The notes: generated from the sequence alone by a model not told the origin. Counted from the stretch's first letter, positions 18,296 to 28,291 are shown. The stretch is DNA of 64,000 nucleotides from a bacterium (GCA_032250835.1 JAVVEA010000017.1:9556-73555); one strand, 5' to 3'. Numbers and translations are program-made.

Positions 18296-19195
18296 CTAGC
18301 TAATTTTGTGCCCTTTGGGCCCCGTCAATAGCTCTTGCAGGCGGCGTAAGCTCGAATCCTTCAGTCCCGTCAGGTCCGGGAATTTAGCGTTATCGCGGGG
18401 CACTGCCCAAAAACTTGAGGACAACAACTCAGCAGATTCGGGGAACTGGCTTGTTAAAGAAGCCAAGGCAACGGACCAACCGGCCGGAGGATTTTTGGGC
18501 CACTGGTAACAACGAGCCAATTGGCGCAGTTCCTTTGCCAGCTTTTGTTTTTCCTTTAATCCCTGCAATGGTTGGCTGCGTTGCAGCAACTCTTTTAACT
18601 CACCAATAAACCGCCCCAGTCCCTCTGAGGTCATCGGCGCTTCTACTTTAAGGTAGCTCTCCCGCATCAACTCCTCCGAACGCCTGCGCAAATTTTCCGC
18701 TTGGCCCTGTAATAAGGCCAAATAGCCTTTGGCTCGGCTAGCCCCCGGCAAGTCGCAGGCCGCGCCCAGCATAGAGGAATTATGGTCCCACCCACAGTCC
18801 GGGCAAAAGCTCGCCTCCGCAGCGGTAGCCGAAACCTTGCCACATTGGTCACAAAGCTTAGGGTTCCAGGGGGGCTCACAATGGCCCATCACGGAACCGG
18901 GGTTGAGTAAGACTTGCATCAGGCTGAGGTCCCTGGTGCTGCGGGGGATGGAGCCGTTAAGACAGCGTAACAGCTCATCTAATTGGGGCTCACTCCAAAA
19001 ATCCGCTTCTTGGCCGAACCAGCCGCAATAGGGACAGATCCGATTCCGGTCCAAGTTCAAGGGGATCAAAGGTTGTACCTGAAAGTGCTGGCGGCAGGTA
19101 AGACTGGGGCATTGGCGGCCGATCAATCCAGCCGGGCTGACGGCGAATTGGAGTTGTATGGAAGCTTTTTCTGCGGGAGTTGTTGGGATTGGCAT
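18296..19195 (-). CDS. Hypothetical protein with tandem zinc-ribbon (CxxC...CxxC) motifs
   Basis: It has CPYCGW...CDQCG...CPDCGW motifs. The start is reassigned to MPIPTT, which is preceded by an AAGAGGAA RBS. Confidence 0.45.
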   Translation of the reverse strand: MPIPTTPAEKASIQLQFAVSPAGLIGRQCPSLTCRQHFQVQPLIPLNLDRNRICPYCGWFGQEADFWSEPQLDELLRCLNGSIPRSTRDLSLMQVLLNPGSVMGHCEPPWNPKLCDQCGKVSATAAEASFCPDCGWDHNSSMLGAACDLPGASRAKGYLALLQGQAENLRRRSEELMRESYLKVEAPMTSEGLGRFIGELKELLQRSQPLQGLKEKQKLAKELRQLARCYQWPKNPPAGWSVALASLTSQFPESAELLSSSFWAVPRDNAKFPDLTGLKDSSLRRLQELLTGPKGHKIS

Positions 19196-19557
19196 CAAAT
19201 TCCTCTTAAAAAGTGGAGTTCCCCGCTGGCGCAAGAAACACCGAATAAAAATGGCAAACAAAATTCATTTAAGTAAAACTACCCTAACACAACTAGGCTA
19301 AAAAGCTATGTTATCTTAGCCCCCTCCCAGCTGATCGGGTGGGAAAATTTTAGCGATGCCTTTGAAAACCTAAATTTTCCGGACCTGTTTTTTATGGAAG
19401 CACCCGGTCTTTCACTGGGTTCATTGGGCATTGTAGGGGAGCCAGCCCCCGCTGCGGACCGCTCGCTGCTGAAATCCCCTTGGCAGGGAGTATAAAAGGT
19501 CCTATCTTTCAAATAGGATTGGGAATCTTTTTTTCACCTCTTTAGGTGGTTCTTACC

Positions 19558-20274
19558 ATGGCCTTTGCGACCCGACCTCGATTGATCAATCTTCGGATTG
19601 CCCGTCAACCCGACGACATCAGCTGCGGCCCGACCTGCCTGCACAGCATCTACAACTGGTTCGGCGACGACATCCCGCTTTCCGAGGTGATCCGCCAAAC
19701 ACCCATGCTGCGCGGCGGCGGGACCCTAGCGGCCAACTTGGGTTACCACGCCTTGACCCGCGGCTACCAAGCGACCATCTACAGCTACAACCCCATCCTC
19801 TTCGACCCCAGCTGGAACGGGTTAGAAGCTGAGGAAATGATCAACAAGCTAGAACGCCAGCAGCGCCTAAAAGAGGGTTCACAGTTGGCCAGTTCGACCA
19901 AGGCCAATATCCGCTTCCTGCGCGCTGGTGGCTTGGTGCGCTTTGATGACCTGACCCCGCAACTGCTGCTCAGCCACTTATCGGAGCCGGTGCCCATCTT
20001 GGCGGGCCTTTCGGCGACTTACCTTTACAAAAGCAAGCGCGAAAACCCGGTAACCAATGAATACGACGACATCAAAGGCGAGCCCGCCGGGCATTTTGTG
20101 GTCTTAAGTGGCTTCGACCGCGAGCGCGGCAGCCTACAGATCACCGATCCCTACTCCCCCAATCCGGTCTCCGAAACCCATGAATATGAGGTGAGCCTTG
20201 AGCATTTGGTTTGCTCGATCCTGTTGGGCGTGATCACCTACGATGCAAATTTACTGATTCTGCGTAAACCATGA
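19558..20274 (+). CDS. Papain-like (C39-like) cysteine peptidase domain protein
   Basis: It has Q-x5-C (QPDDISCGPTCL) followed by a downstream His (AGHFVV). An AGGTGG RBS precedes the ATG. Confidence 0.55.
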   Translation: MAFATRPRLINLRIARQPDDISCGPTCLHSIYNWFGDDIPLSEVIRQTPMLRGGGTLAANLGYHALTRGYQATIYSYNPILFDPSWNGLEAEEMINKLERQQRLKEGSQLASSTKANIRFLRAGGLVRFDDLTPQLLLSHLSEPVPILAGLSATYLYKSKRENPVTNEYDDIKGEPAGHFVVLSGFDRERGSLQITDPYSPNPVSETHEYEVSLEHLVCSILLGVITYDANLLILRKP

Positions 20275-21722
20275 GAAACCTGATCATCGTTGAATCCCCC
20301 AAGGACTGGCCCAACAAGGGAAATTCCTTTGAAGTGATCCATTACCGAGACTACCTAAGTGGCGAAGAGTTCCAAAAGGACAAAAACATAAGGGTTTTTA
20401 ACCTCTGTGACTCTTACCGCTACCATAGCTACGGATATTACGTTTCCCTCTTGGCCGATGCCCGTGGCCACCGCCCCACGCCGTCGGTGGCTACCTTGCA
20501 AGAAATGAAGTCCCGCCCCTTCTTGCGGCTCGCTTCCGAGCCGCTAGACGGCTTGATCCAAAAAGCATTGGGTTACCTGAAGTCCGATCACTTCGAGTTG
20601 AGTATTTATTTCGGCCAAAACCTAGCCAAACACCACCAGGAACTGGCCGACGAACTTTCGCGTAGCTTTGCGGTCCCCATGATCCGCGCCAAGTTCGTTA
20701 AAAAAGACCGCTGGCAGCTCACCTCGGTGGGGCCTATCGCCCTCAAAGAGGTTTCGGACGAACACTTTGACTCCTTGGTCGCCTTTGCCCAAGCCTATTT
20801 TAAACGCCGCCAGCGCAAGGCTGAAGCACCGGTACGCTTCTCCTTAGCGATTTTGGTCAACCCCGAAGAAACCTTTCCGCCTTCCAACGAGCGGGCCTTA
20901 AAAAAGTTTTCCGCTGCGGGCCAAGAGTTGGGCTTGGAGGTGGACCGGATCACCGCCAAGGACCTGCGCCGCTTGGGCGAATATGACGCCCTTTTCATCC
21001 GCGAAACCACGGCGGTCAACCACCATACCTTCCGCTTTGCTATAAAGGCCCAATCCCTGGGCATGGTAGTGATCGACGACCCGAACTCGATCATCCGCTG
21101 CACCAATAAGGTCTATCTCGCCGAACTGCTGCACCAGCACCACATCCCCACCCCCGCCAGCCAGGTGCTTTCGCGCGAAGACTTGGCCAAGCGTGGCCTA
21201 AAAATCCCCTTCCCGGCGATCCTCAAGCAGCCCGATGGTTCCTTTTCCCAGGGCGTGGTGAAGGTGCAAAACCCGGCAGAACTGGAAGAGAAGGCCCTGA
21301 GCTTCTTCGGTGATTCGGACCTGATTTTAGCCCAAGAATTTTTCCCCACCGCCTTTGATTGGCGGGTGGGGATGATCAACGGGCAGGTGTTATATGTTTG
21401 CCGCTACCACATGGCCAGAGGCCATTGGCAGATCATCAAAACCACCGCCGGGGGCAAACAACTAGACGGCAAGGTGGACGTAATCCCCTTAGACCAGACC
21501 CCGCCCGCCTTGCTCAAGCTGGCCCAAGAGGCGGCCCAGTTGATCGGCAAAGGGTTTTATGGCTTGGACATCAAGGAACGAAGCGGCAAGTTTTACGTCA
21601 TCGAAATCAACGACAACCCCAGCGTTGATGCGGGATTTGAAGACCAATTACTGAAAGACGAGCTTTACCTAAAGATCATGAACGTCTTTTTAGAACGACT
21701 GCTTAAGAAGGTAAACCGATGA
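20271..21722 (+). CDS. RimK-family ATP-grasp ligase with an about 180-aa N-terminal extension
   Basis: It has a C-terminal ATP-grasp fold with RimK-like motifs, and its start overlaps the upstream gene stop by 4 nt. Confidence 0.7.
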   Translation: MRNLIIVESPKDWPNKGNSFEVIHYRDYLSGEEFQKDKNIRVFNLCDSYRYHSYGYYVSLLADARGHRPTPSVATLQEMKSRPFLRLASEPLDGLIQKALGYLKSDHFELSIYFGQNLAKHHQELADELSRSFAVPMIRAKFVKKDRWQLTSVGPIALKEVSDEHFDSLVAFAQAYFKRRQRKAEAPVRFSLAILVNPEETFPPSNERALKKFSAAGQELGLEVDRITAKDLRRLGEYDALFIRETTAVNHHTFRFAIKAQSLGMVVIDDPNSIIRCTNKVYLAELLHQHHIPTPASQVLSREDLAKRGLKIPFPAILKQPDGSFSQGVVKVQNPAELEEKALSFFGDSDLILAQEFFPTAFDWRVGMINGQVLYVCRYHMARGHWQIIKTTAGGKQLDGKVDVIPLDQTPPALLKLAQEAAQLIGKGFYGLDIKERSGKFYVIEINDNPSVDAGFEDQLLKDELYLKIMNVFLERLLKKVNR

Positions 21723-22936
21723 CCTTAGGTTGGTTTGAGGGCTTCGGCATTGAAGCCGAATACATGATTGTAGACCAAAAAACTCTAGCGGTGCGCCCCA
21801 TCGCCGATGAGGTTTTGGCCCAGATGGCCGGAGGTCCGGCGGACGAAGTGGAGTTGGGGCTCGTCGCTTGGTCTAATGAGTTGGTTTTACATGTATTAGA
21901 GCTTAAGGCCAACGGGCCGCAAAGGGAGCTCAAGGCGCTGCATCTGGCCTTTGTCGAGGCCCTACGCCAGATGAACCAGCGACTTAAGGCCTGGGGCGCT
22001 AAGCTTTTGCCCACAGCCATGCACCCGCTCTTTGATCCCCAGACCGAAACCAAACTCTGGCCCCATGGCAACCGCGAGATTTATCAGGCCTATGACCGCA
22101 TCTTTGACTGCCGAGGGCATGGCTGGTCGAATCTGCAAAGCCTGCACATCAATTTCCCCTTTGAGGGAGACCGGCAATTTGTCCGGCTGCACGACGCCAT
22201 CCGGCTGGTCTTGCCGCTGCTGCCCGCGCTCGCCGCCAGTTCGCCGCTCGAAGAAGGTAAAGCCACCGGGCAGGTGGACAGCCGCCTGTTCCACTACCGC
22301 CGCAACCAAGCCAAGATTCCGGCCATCGCCGGACAGGTGGTGCCCGAGCGGGTGTCCAGCAGCGCTGATTACCAAGAAAAAATCTTAAAACCCATCTACC
22401 AAGCCATCGCGCCCTTAGACCCCCAGGGCATCTTGGCCGAAGAATGGCTCAACTCGCGCGGGGCCATTGCCCGCTTCGACCGCTCAGCCATCGAAATCCG
22501 CCTCTTGGACTTGCAGGAGTGCGCCGTAGCCGACTTTGCCTTGGCCGCTTTGGTGATCTCTTTGGTGCAAGAACTGGCCACCGGGCCCGACGCCTTGCCG
22601 GTGATCCCCGAGCAGCGCTTGGCGGCTCAACTTTGGGGCGCCGCTGAACAGGGTAGGCGCTGGGTGATTGAAGACCCAGAAATTCTGGGCGCTTTGGGCC
22701 TGGAAGCAAACCCCACTGCGGTGGGCGACCTCTGGCGCAGCTTGGTGGACCGGCTGACTGGCCAGGGCTTGCCGCTCGATAACTTTTTGCCCCAGGTCTA
22801 CCGATTGGTACAAAAAGACAGCTTAGCGAGGCGCATTTTGCGGGGCTGCGGAGAAGGACAGGCTGGGATTTTAAAGGTTTACGGCGAATTGGCCCAATGT
22901 CTGGAAGAGGACTGGCCCTATGAACCTACTGCTTAG
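21719..22936 (+). CDS. Carboxylate-amine ligase, GCS2/YbdK family (glutamate-cysteine-ligase-like)
   Basis: The N-terminus FGIEAEYMIVD is typical of GCS2. It is translationally coupled to the upstream gene. Confidence 0.7.
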   Translation: MTLGWFEGFGIEAEYMIVDQKTLAVRPIADEVLAQMAGGPADEVELGLVAWSNELVLHVLELKANGPQRELKALHLAFVEALRQMNQRLKAWGAKLLPTAMHPLFDPQTETKLWPHGNREIYQAYDRIFDCRGHGWSNLQSLHINFPFEGDRQFVRLHDAIRLVLPLLPALAASSPLEEGKATGQVDSRLFHYRRNQAKIPAIAGQVVPERVSSSADYQEKILKPIYQAIAPLDPQGILAEEWLNSRGAIARFDRSAIEIRLLDLQECAVADFALAALVISLVQELATGPDALPVIPEQRLAAQLWGAAEQGRRWVIEDPEILGALGLEANPTAVGDLWRSLVDRLTGQGLPLDNFLPQVYRLVQKDSLARRILRGCGEGQAGILKVYGELAQCLEEDWPYEPTA

Positions 22937-23606
22937 CTGCGAACATGGCGGGAACCAGCTCCCGCCCGAGTATGCCGCCGATTTAGGGCCCCTTACCAGA
23001 GACTTGCTGGATTCGCACCGAGGCTGGGACCCCGGAGCCTTGGCCGTGGCGCGCCAACTGTCCAAGGCCCTAAAGCGCCCCTTGGTTTTTTCTGAGACCA
23101 GCCGCTTACTGGTGGATTTAAACCGCAGCCTGGGCCACCGGAACCTATTCGGCCCCGAGGCCAAACTTTGGCCCCAGGAAAAGCGCCACGCCTTGCTGGC
23201 GCGTTATTACCACCCCTACCGTCAGGCCTTTGAACAGCGGGTCGAAGAAGCCTTAGCCCAGGGTCCACTTTGGCATGTGGCGGTGCATTCCTTCAGCCCC
23301 ATTTGGGAAGGCCAACCCCGCCGGACGCAGATCGGGCTGCTTTATGACCCCCAAAGGGACGCCGAGAAGGAGTTGGCGCTGTCCTGGCAAAGGGACCTGC
23401 AAGCGCGGTTCCCGGACTGGTCGATCCGCCGCAATGCACCCTACCGCGGCCAAGCCGACGGTCTAACCACCTACCTACGCCGCCGCTTTGGCCCCGCATA
23501 CCGGGGCTTTGAACTCGAATTACGCCAAGACCTATTGGCCTTGCCCGAAGACCGGGGTCGGCTGGCGGAACGCTTGACCGCGTCGATCCGCACCGTCCTG
23601 GGCTGA
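22920..23606 (+). CDS. N-formylglutamate amidohydrolase (FGase) family protein
   Basis: It carries the SCEHGGN motif and is 228 aa. Confidence 0.65.
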   Translation: MNLLLSCEHGGNQLPPEYAADLGPLTRDLLDSHRGWDPGALAVARQLSKALKRPLVFSETSRLLVDLNRSLGHRNLFGPEAKLWPQEKRHALLARYYHPYRQAFEQRVEEALAQGPLWHVAVHSFSPIWEGQPRRTQIGLLYDPQRDAEKELALSWQRDLQARFPDWSIRRNAPYRGQADGLTTYLRRRFGPAYRGFELELRQDLLALPEDRGRLAERLTASIRTVLG

Positions 23607-23610
23607 AAAC

Positions 23611-23648
23611 AAAAAGCCCCGGTAGCTTTGCGCCTACCGGGGCTTTGG
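23611..23648. terminator. Bidirectional rho-independent terminator (GCCCCGGTAG / CTACCGGGGC) between convergent genes
   Basis: A perfect 10-bp stem is flanked by AAAAA and TTT. Confidence 0.6.
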
Positions 23649-23676
23649 ATAACCTAAACTTTGGCCCCGCCCTGCC

Positions 23677-24117
23677 CTACATCCCAAAGAGATTGGTTTG
23701 GGTGCCTTTGCGTTCGGCCCGTTGGATCGCTTTGAGGATCTTCGGCGTCGGGCCTTGGCTCATCACCTCATATTGGGTGTGGCGCAGCCGGAAGAACTCG
23801 GGCCATTCTAAGGGGCCCAGGTAGAGGTCTTCGATAAAAAAGCCCACAATCCCGCGCCCTTCCATCTCGGCGGCGGCCATCTCAAAATTAACCCAAACAT
23901 TGTCTTTGGTGGCTTCGGAAACCACACAGACCGCCACACTGGCTTGGGCCAAGGAGGCTTCGATCGCCGCCTTGATTTCGTCGGTCGGCGGCGTCTCGCC
24001 CGGTAAGGCCTCGGGCCGTTCGACTAAGATCACTTGGCTGTCTGCTTGCGTCAACTTGCGCCCAAAGGCTTGGGCTTGGTCCCGGTCGGCGGGGTCATAG
24101 GAGAGATAGAGGCGCAT
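23677..24117 (-). CDS. Small TIR-like (DUF1863/MTH538-type) domain protein, hypothetical
   Basis: It shows a flavodoxin-like beta-alpha pattern: LYLSYDPADRD ... VAVCVVSEATKDNVWVNFE ... GIVGFFIED. Confidence 0.4.
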   Translation of the reverse strand: MRLYLSYDPADRDQAQAFGRKLTQADSQVILVERPEALPGETPPTDEIKAAIEASLAQASVAVCVVSEATKDNVWVNFEMAAAEMEGRGIVGFFIEDLYLGPLEWPEFFRLRHTQYEVMSQGPTPKILKAIQRAERKGTQTNLFGM

Positions 24118-24564
24118 GTCTTTGGTCCAGTAGGGTTAGCGGGCGGGCCGGTGGATCAATTATTCATATACTTTTATATACTAAACTAAGGTTTCCGTAG
24201 AAAGCAAGGGTTGCCGGAAAGGGGGGCTTCATTTATTTTGCTGCCCGCCGGTTTCACCTTCTCGTAATTTCCGCTATATTCCGCGCTAGATAGACCCGAC
24301 GGAGGCCATAAAACGCATTGGGCATTGGGCGCAAAGGGCTTGCTAGCTGGGGACCGCAGATCAACTGGGGGCCCCTGAATGCGCTACGACCTGCGAGCGG
24401 AGAGCATAGAGAAAGGATATTGCGCCGAAAGATTCGAGGGCCGAGAAAACTGTGAGCGCGAGATGAGCGACGGGCAGGGAGCGGGGAGAACAGGTTGTAC
24501 TCCGCAAATCGACCGAGAATAGAGACGGCTAAGAGAAAGAACTAAGATATAAACAGGAGCCCCG

Positions 24565-24861
24565 ATGCAAAGCCATTATTTTATGCTCACCTACGACTTC
24601 GACCCCGCCCACCGGACCGAAGAAAATTTCCGCTTTATGGACGAAGGCTTAAAAAATGAGGACTGGCTCCCCCTAGGCCCCCGCCATAGCTTCACCCTAG
24701 AAGTAGAAGCCGACAACCCCACCAAAGCCCACCGCATCGCCGTACACTCCGTTGAGCATGCCTATAAAGACCACGGAGCCCAAGGAGTCTTGAGCGTAGC
24801 CCTACAATTTGGCCCCGAACCGTTGGTGGAGTTGGAGTTAAGGGAGGTGGCGGGGGGATAG
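24565..24861 (+). CDS. Hypothetical protein (98 aa)
   Basis: An AGGAG RBS lies 7 nt upstream. It is convergent with Cap3, and I recognise no homology. Confidence 0.4.
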   Translation: MQSHYFMLTYDFDPAHRTEENFRFMDEGLKNEDWLPLGPRHSFTLEVEADNPTKAHRIAVHSVEHAYKDHGAQGVLSVALQFGPEPLVELELREVAGG

Positions 24862-25116
24862 GGGTTCTTTAATGGCATGGGTAAACAACGGGGCGCTGGG
24901 CACTCACTTAGCTACCTAGCGAAGCCTTTAGCCGCCCTGAGCGTAAAAGCGGGCGGGTTCGCATGTTGCAGTCAAGGCTATGCCAATGGATGTCACTGTA
25001 TTTTTGCACCTTCCCTGAATGCCCTCTACCTGAAGCGGCTCTGCAAGAGTTTCTGGTACAGTGGAATGTACCATTTCAACTTCCGGCATTGGGGCGGCAG
25101 CAGGGACTATTCCACG

Positions 25117-25572
25117 TTAAGTGCATGGACTCAAAGTCCCACTCTGAAATGCCCCCACGTACCTTCCGCTTGTGCCCTGAATAACCAAAAGCAGAAACTC
25201 TACAGTTAGCTGTCCATTTTCAAATTGATCCTTGATCATCATTCGGTCTCTACTTGAGGGTGTAGGCTTACTTTCAGCATGGGTGTGCCATTCGCCCAAA
25301 TATATGGTCCTCTGCCCACTATTAAGATACTCATAATCGATGATCACCTGAGCAGGAAAAACTGCACGAACAAATCCATACCGCTTGCGTTTGTCTTTTG
25401 AGTTTGGGGTAGTTATTTTTGAAACCACCACTTTATTCAACTCTGGGTACACCTCTCCCAGCAGTATCCCCCCCGCTTCTTTCGACGAATGGGCGTTTTG
25501 ACGAAAACTCTCCATGACAACAACAACCGAATCTTCAATTTGGATTTTCCATTCCTGAAATCTGGTCTTCAA
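25117..25572 (-). CDS. cap3: CBASS Cap3, a JAB/JAMM (MPN+) isopeptidase
   Basis: It carries the JAMM motif EWHTHAESKPTPSSRD (HxH-x7-S-xxD) and lies last in the operon. Confidence 0.75.
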   Translation of the reverse strand: MKTRFQEWKIQIEDSVVVVMESFRQNAHSSKEAGGILLGEVYPELNKVVVSKITTPNSKDKRKRYGFVRAVFPAQVIIDYEYLNSGQRTIYLGEWHTHAESKPTPSSRDRMMIKDQFENGQLTVEFLLLVIQGTSGRYVGAFQSGTLSPCT

Positions 25573-27289
25573 AATCTATCCTCTCCAATGTACCTTCGCT
25601 ATAATATTGTTGAACCCTTGAAGCTTCAAAAGCCCTGTTCCCGCTAGGCGAACCAGCCCACTTCCAACAAATCAACTGCTCCTTTTGGCCGTGGCAACAA
25701 TCCATAATACGAGAAAACACCTTGCTTAAAAAGGCATTGATGTCTCTACCGCTGAACGGGGCGAAAGTTCCTTGGCACCCTCCTTCATTCAAGCGATAGC
25801 GGCTTTCTTCTTGAATGTACTCCTCAGGTGGAATCGTATTCCCAAAATAGAAGCCTTGTTTATCATGTAATTTTTCAAAAAGGATTAGGTCTGGTTTTGA
25901 AAAGCACAAACAGTGAGCCCCTAAAAGAAAGGGTTCGACAAACAAAATCACAACAGGACATTTGATTCCATGCTGTTCCATCTGTGAAAGTACAAATTTT
26001 GTAATAGCCCGTTCGCCTGTTGCTAGAACACAGGCTGTTGCCCCAGAAAACGCCTCCGGATTCTTGCCTAAAAATTCTCCTATACACCCGGATATTGCTT
26101 CGACCTTAGTATGAGGCATGGTCGAGCGTACAAAGTCAGCCATTGCTGTTGCCTTATTCTGCCCGCACTGAGCAATTCCCAAAATATGGCGAGGTACATT
26201 TTCAGGTTTAAGCCTGTCTTTATCGACCAATGTTACACTCTGAATAGGCATGAACCTTAGCAGCCCAAGCAAATTGGAGCCGATACTCCCAAGACCAATT
26301 ATTGCCAGTTTTTCGATTCGATTAGACCGATGAACGCCTTCTGTCCGTTTCTCAAGCCTTGAGAGACCAATATCTCTGGCCAATACTCTTACAGCGTCTA
26401 TCTTGAGTAAAGGCAGGCCAAATGCATTTCGTTTTCCCATACTTCCATGAAGCCGCTTTTGCGGAGGCGTTACCCTCCAGCCCAACAGGTAGTCAGTACC
26501 TTTGAACCTCTGAGAAAACAGCAAATAAAAAGGCTCTGGAGCCAAATTTAACTTCAGATCAAGCCAATCAATCAAATCAAGATTCCGAACCATAACGGCA
26601 GGTAAAATCTCTTCCGCTGGAAAATGATACGGGGGAAGCTTCTTAGGGGTGAAACGTATTAGTTGGGCTGGATATTCAGCGAGTGGCTGTCCCCAAACCG
26701 CTTCAATATTTTCCACTATTGGGGTCTGAGTTGAGGGCAAAATAAAGCTAAGTATACGATTATCTTTGCGGTATGCCTTCACCGAAATCAAAGTGCCCCT
26801 TTGCATACAGGGCAAGGCAAAATATAAACCTTCGTCTACAATGTCCGTCGAGCTATATAATTGCCGCCAGTAGTCAACAAATTCCCTTGAAAACTCCTCG
26901 TAATTTTCACCCCTTACGCCTGTCTCAACGACTTCTAAAGCTTTATGAACAGTATCTATTATTAGTTCATGTGGCTGCAATATAGAGCCATCTATCAGTT
27001 CATCCTCCCAAGGACAAACAAGACAATTCTCGTCAACATGAGGAATATATCCCACTTGAGCTTTAAGCTCTCGTGACAGATAGACCTTGGGCGGTTTGAA
27101 GGAAAATAATCGTGTGATCTGCAGATAGGCTACGCCGCATAGAATACCTCCGTCTTTGCGAAGAATATTCAGCTCAACAGATATACAACAACCGAGGCTG
27201 TGTTCACCTTCATCTTCATCAGGAGAAGGAATTTTGGCTTTAAACGACTTCGGTAATTGTTTTACAAGGTTGGCTAAGTCTTGCCTCAT
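25535..27289 (-). CDS. cap2: CBASS Cap2, an E2-like/E1-like (ThiF/MoeB) fusion
   Basis: The C-terminal half has a Rossmann motif IIGLGSIGSNLLG and a ThiF-like fold. The N-terminal half is UBC-like. It overlaps the cyclase stop by 4 nt. Confidence 0.75.
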   Translation of the reverse strand: MRQDLANLVKQLPKSFKAKIPSPDEDEGEHSLGCCISVELNILRKDGGILCGVAYLQITRLFSFKPPKVYLSRELKAQVGYIPHVDENCLVCPWEDELIDGSILQPHELIIDTVHKALEVVETGVRGENYEEFSREFVDYWRQLYSSTDIVDEGLYFALPCMQRGTLISVKAYRKDNRILSFILPSTQTPIVENIEAVWGQPLAEYPAQLIRFTPKKLPPYHFPAEEILPAVMVRNLDLIDWLDLKLNLAPEPFYLLFSQRFKGTDYLLGWRVTPPQKRLHGSMGKRNAFGLPLLKIDAVRVLARDIGLSRLEKRTEGVHRSNRIEKLAIIGLGSIGSNLLGLLRFMPIQSVTLVDKDRLKPENVPRHILGIAQCGQNKATAMADFVRSTMPHTKVEAISGCIGEFLGKNPEAFSGATACVLATGERAITKFVLSQMEQHGIKCPVVILFVEPFLLGAHCLCFSKPDLILFEKLHDKQGFYFGNTIPPEEYIQEESRYRLNEGGCQGTFAPFSGRDINAFLSKVFSRIMDCCHGQKEQLICWKWAGSPSGNRAFEASRVQQYYSEGTLERIDFEDQISGMENPN

Positions 27290-28278
27290 TGCTTGGCGCT
27301 AGAGGCGTTACCCGGCAAGCTTGTTGCTTTTGCATGTTTTTTTGCTCTTTCAAACCTCTTTGATTTGAGGTCATCGCACTTAAATCGGGGCCCTAGGTAT
27401 TTCGCCCAAATTTTACAGGCTTCATATTCGTCCTCATCCTCGAGTGCAATTTTTCCATCCTCTAAAAGCAGTTCAAGCTCCCCTAAAAAGAACTCCTTTT
27501 GCTCGTCGGAAAAGTCTTCAAACAGGTCCTCCCGCTTAGGCGTTGGTCGCGTACAAGTAAACTGCCCCCACTTAAGATGCCTATCATCGATCACGTTCTG
27601 TATCGCCTGAAGGGTAGCAACTAGCGATTGGTCATCCCTGGCAGCAGGTCGATAGTGGTTCACCGTCAAAATCGTTAAGCAAAACCCACTAGGTAACTCA
27701 TATTTTTTTGAACGAACTTCCCGCCAGACTTTCAAATATCTTATCAGTCTAATAAGCTGTGAGTTGTTACCTGTTTTTTCCCGAAACCACTCTATAAACG
27801 CACGAGGGTCACTTTCAACCCAACCTAGTTTCTTATGGGCTAAGTCAGGAGAATCCGTTGCTGTAAGTGAAAACTTTTCAGTTAATTTTTCGAGGAAGTA
27901 TATTGGCATGTCGATATGCCTATCATCTTGGTATTTCACTCGGACGCATGTCGGTTTATCCTCTACCGTTCGTTTCCTACGCTGAACGGCACTTACCACA
28001 ATAGAATGAGCATCTTTTACGGACGGCCTGTTTTCCATAGCACAAGAAAAATAGACCCCATCATCAATGTCGTACTCTCCGTTTTCTGGCTCCACTATTG
28101 TGTTCAAAACATACGACCCCTGCCCAGCAAATTTGACTGAGATATCCGACTGGTCTTTCAATTCAGCACGAATATCTTTCCTCAAAGCGTTCCTAGATTC
28201 TCTTAAGCTTTGCTTTTTCGATTCACTCAGCTTGATCTTTTCGTTAAATGATTTAAATTGCTTAGCTAAATCAGCCAT
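27286..28278 (-). CDS. cdnX: CD-NTase (cGAS/DncV-like nucleotidyltransferase)
   Basis: It carries the GS...[DE]h[DE]h motif GQGSYVLNTIVEPENGEYDIDDGVYF. The start is reassigned to MADLAKQ, which has a GAGG RBS. Confidence 0.75.
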   Translation of the reverse strand: MADLAKQFKSFNEKIKLSESKKQSLRESRNALRKDIRAELKDQSDISVKFAGQGSYVLNTIVEPENGEYDIDDGVYFSCAMENRPSVKDAHSIVVSAVQRRKRTVEDKPTCVRVKYQDDRHIDMPIYFLEKLTEKFSLTATDSPDLAHKKLGWVESDPRAFIEWFREKTGNNSQLIRLIRYLKVWREVRSKKYELPSGFCLTILTVNHYRPAARDDQSLVATLQAIQNVIDDRHLKWGQFTCTRPTPKREDLFEDFSDEQKEFFLGELELLLEDGKIALEDEDEYEACKIWAKYLGPRFKCDDLKSKRFERAKKHAKATSLPGNASSAKQ

Positions 28279-28291
28279 CTCAGCCTCGTAT

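Noticed and set aside
24877-25209. 110-aa plus-strand ORF inside the island
   Set aside because: It has no RBS, Cys/Trp-rich low-complexity composition, and lies in the AT-rich Cap3-proximal spacer. It is most likely non-coding.
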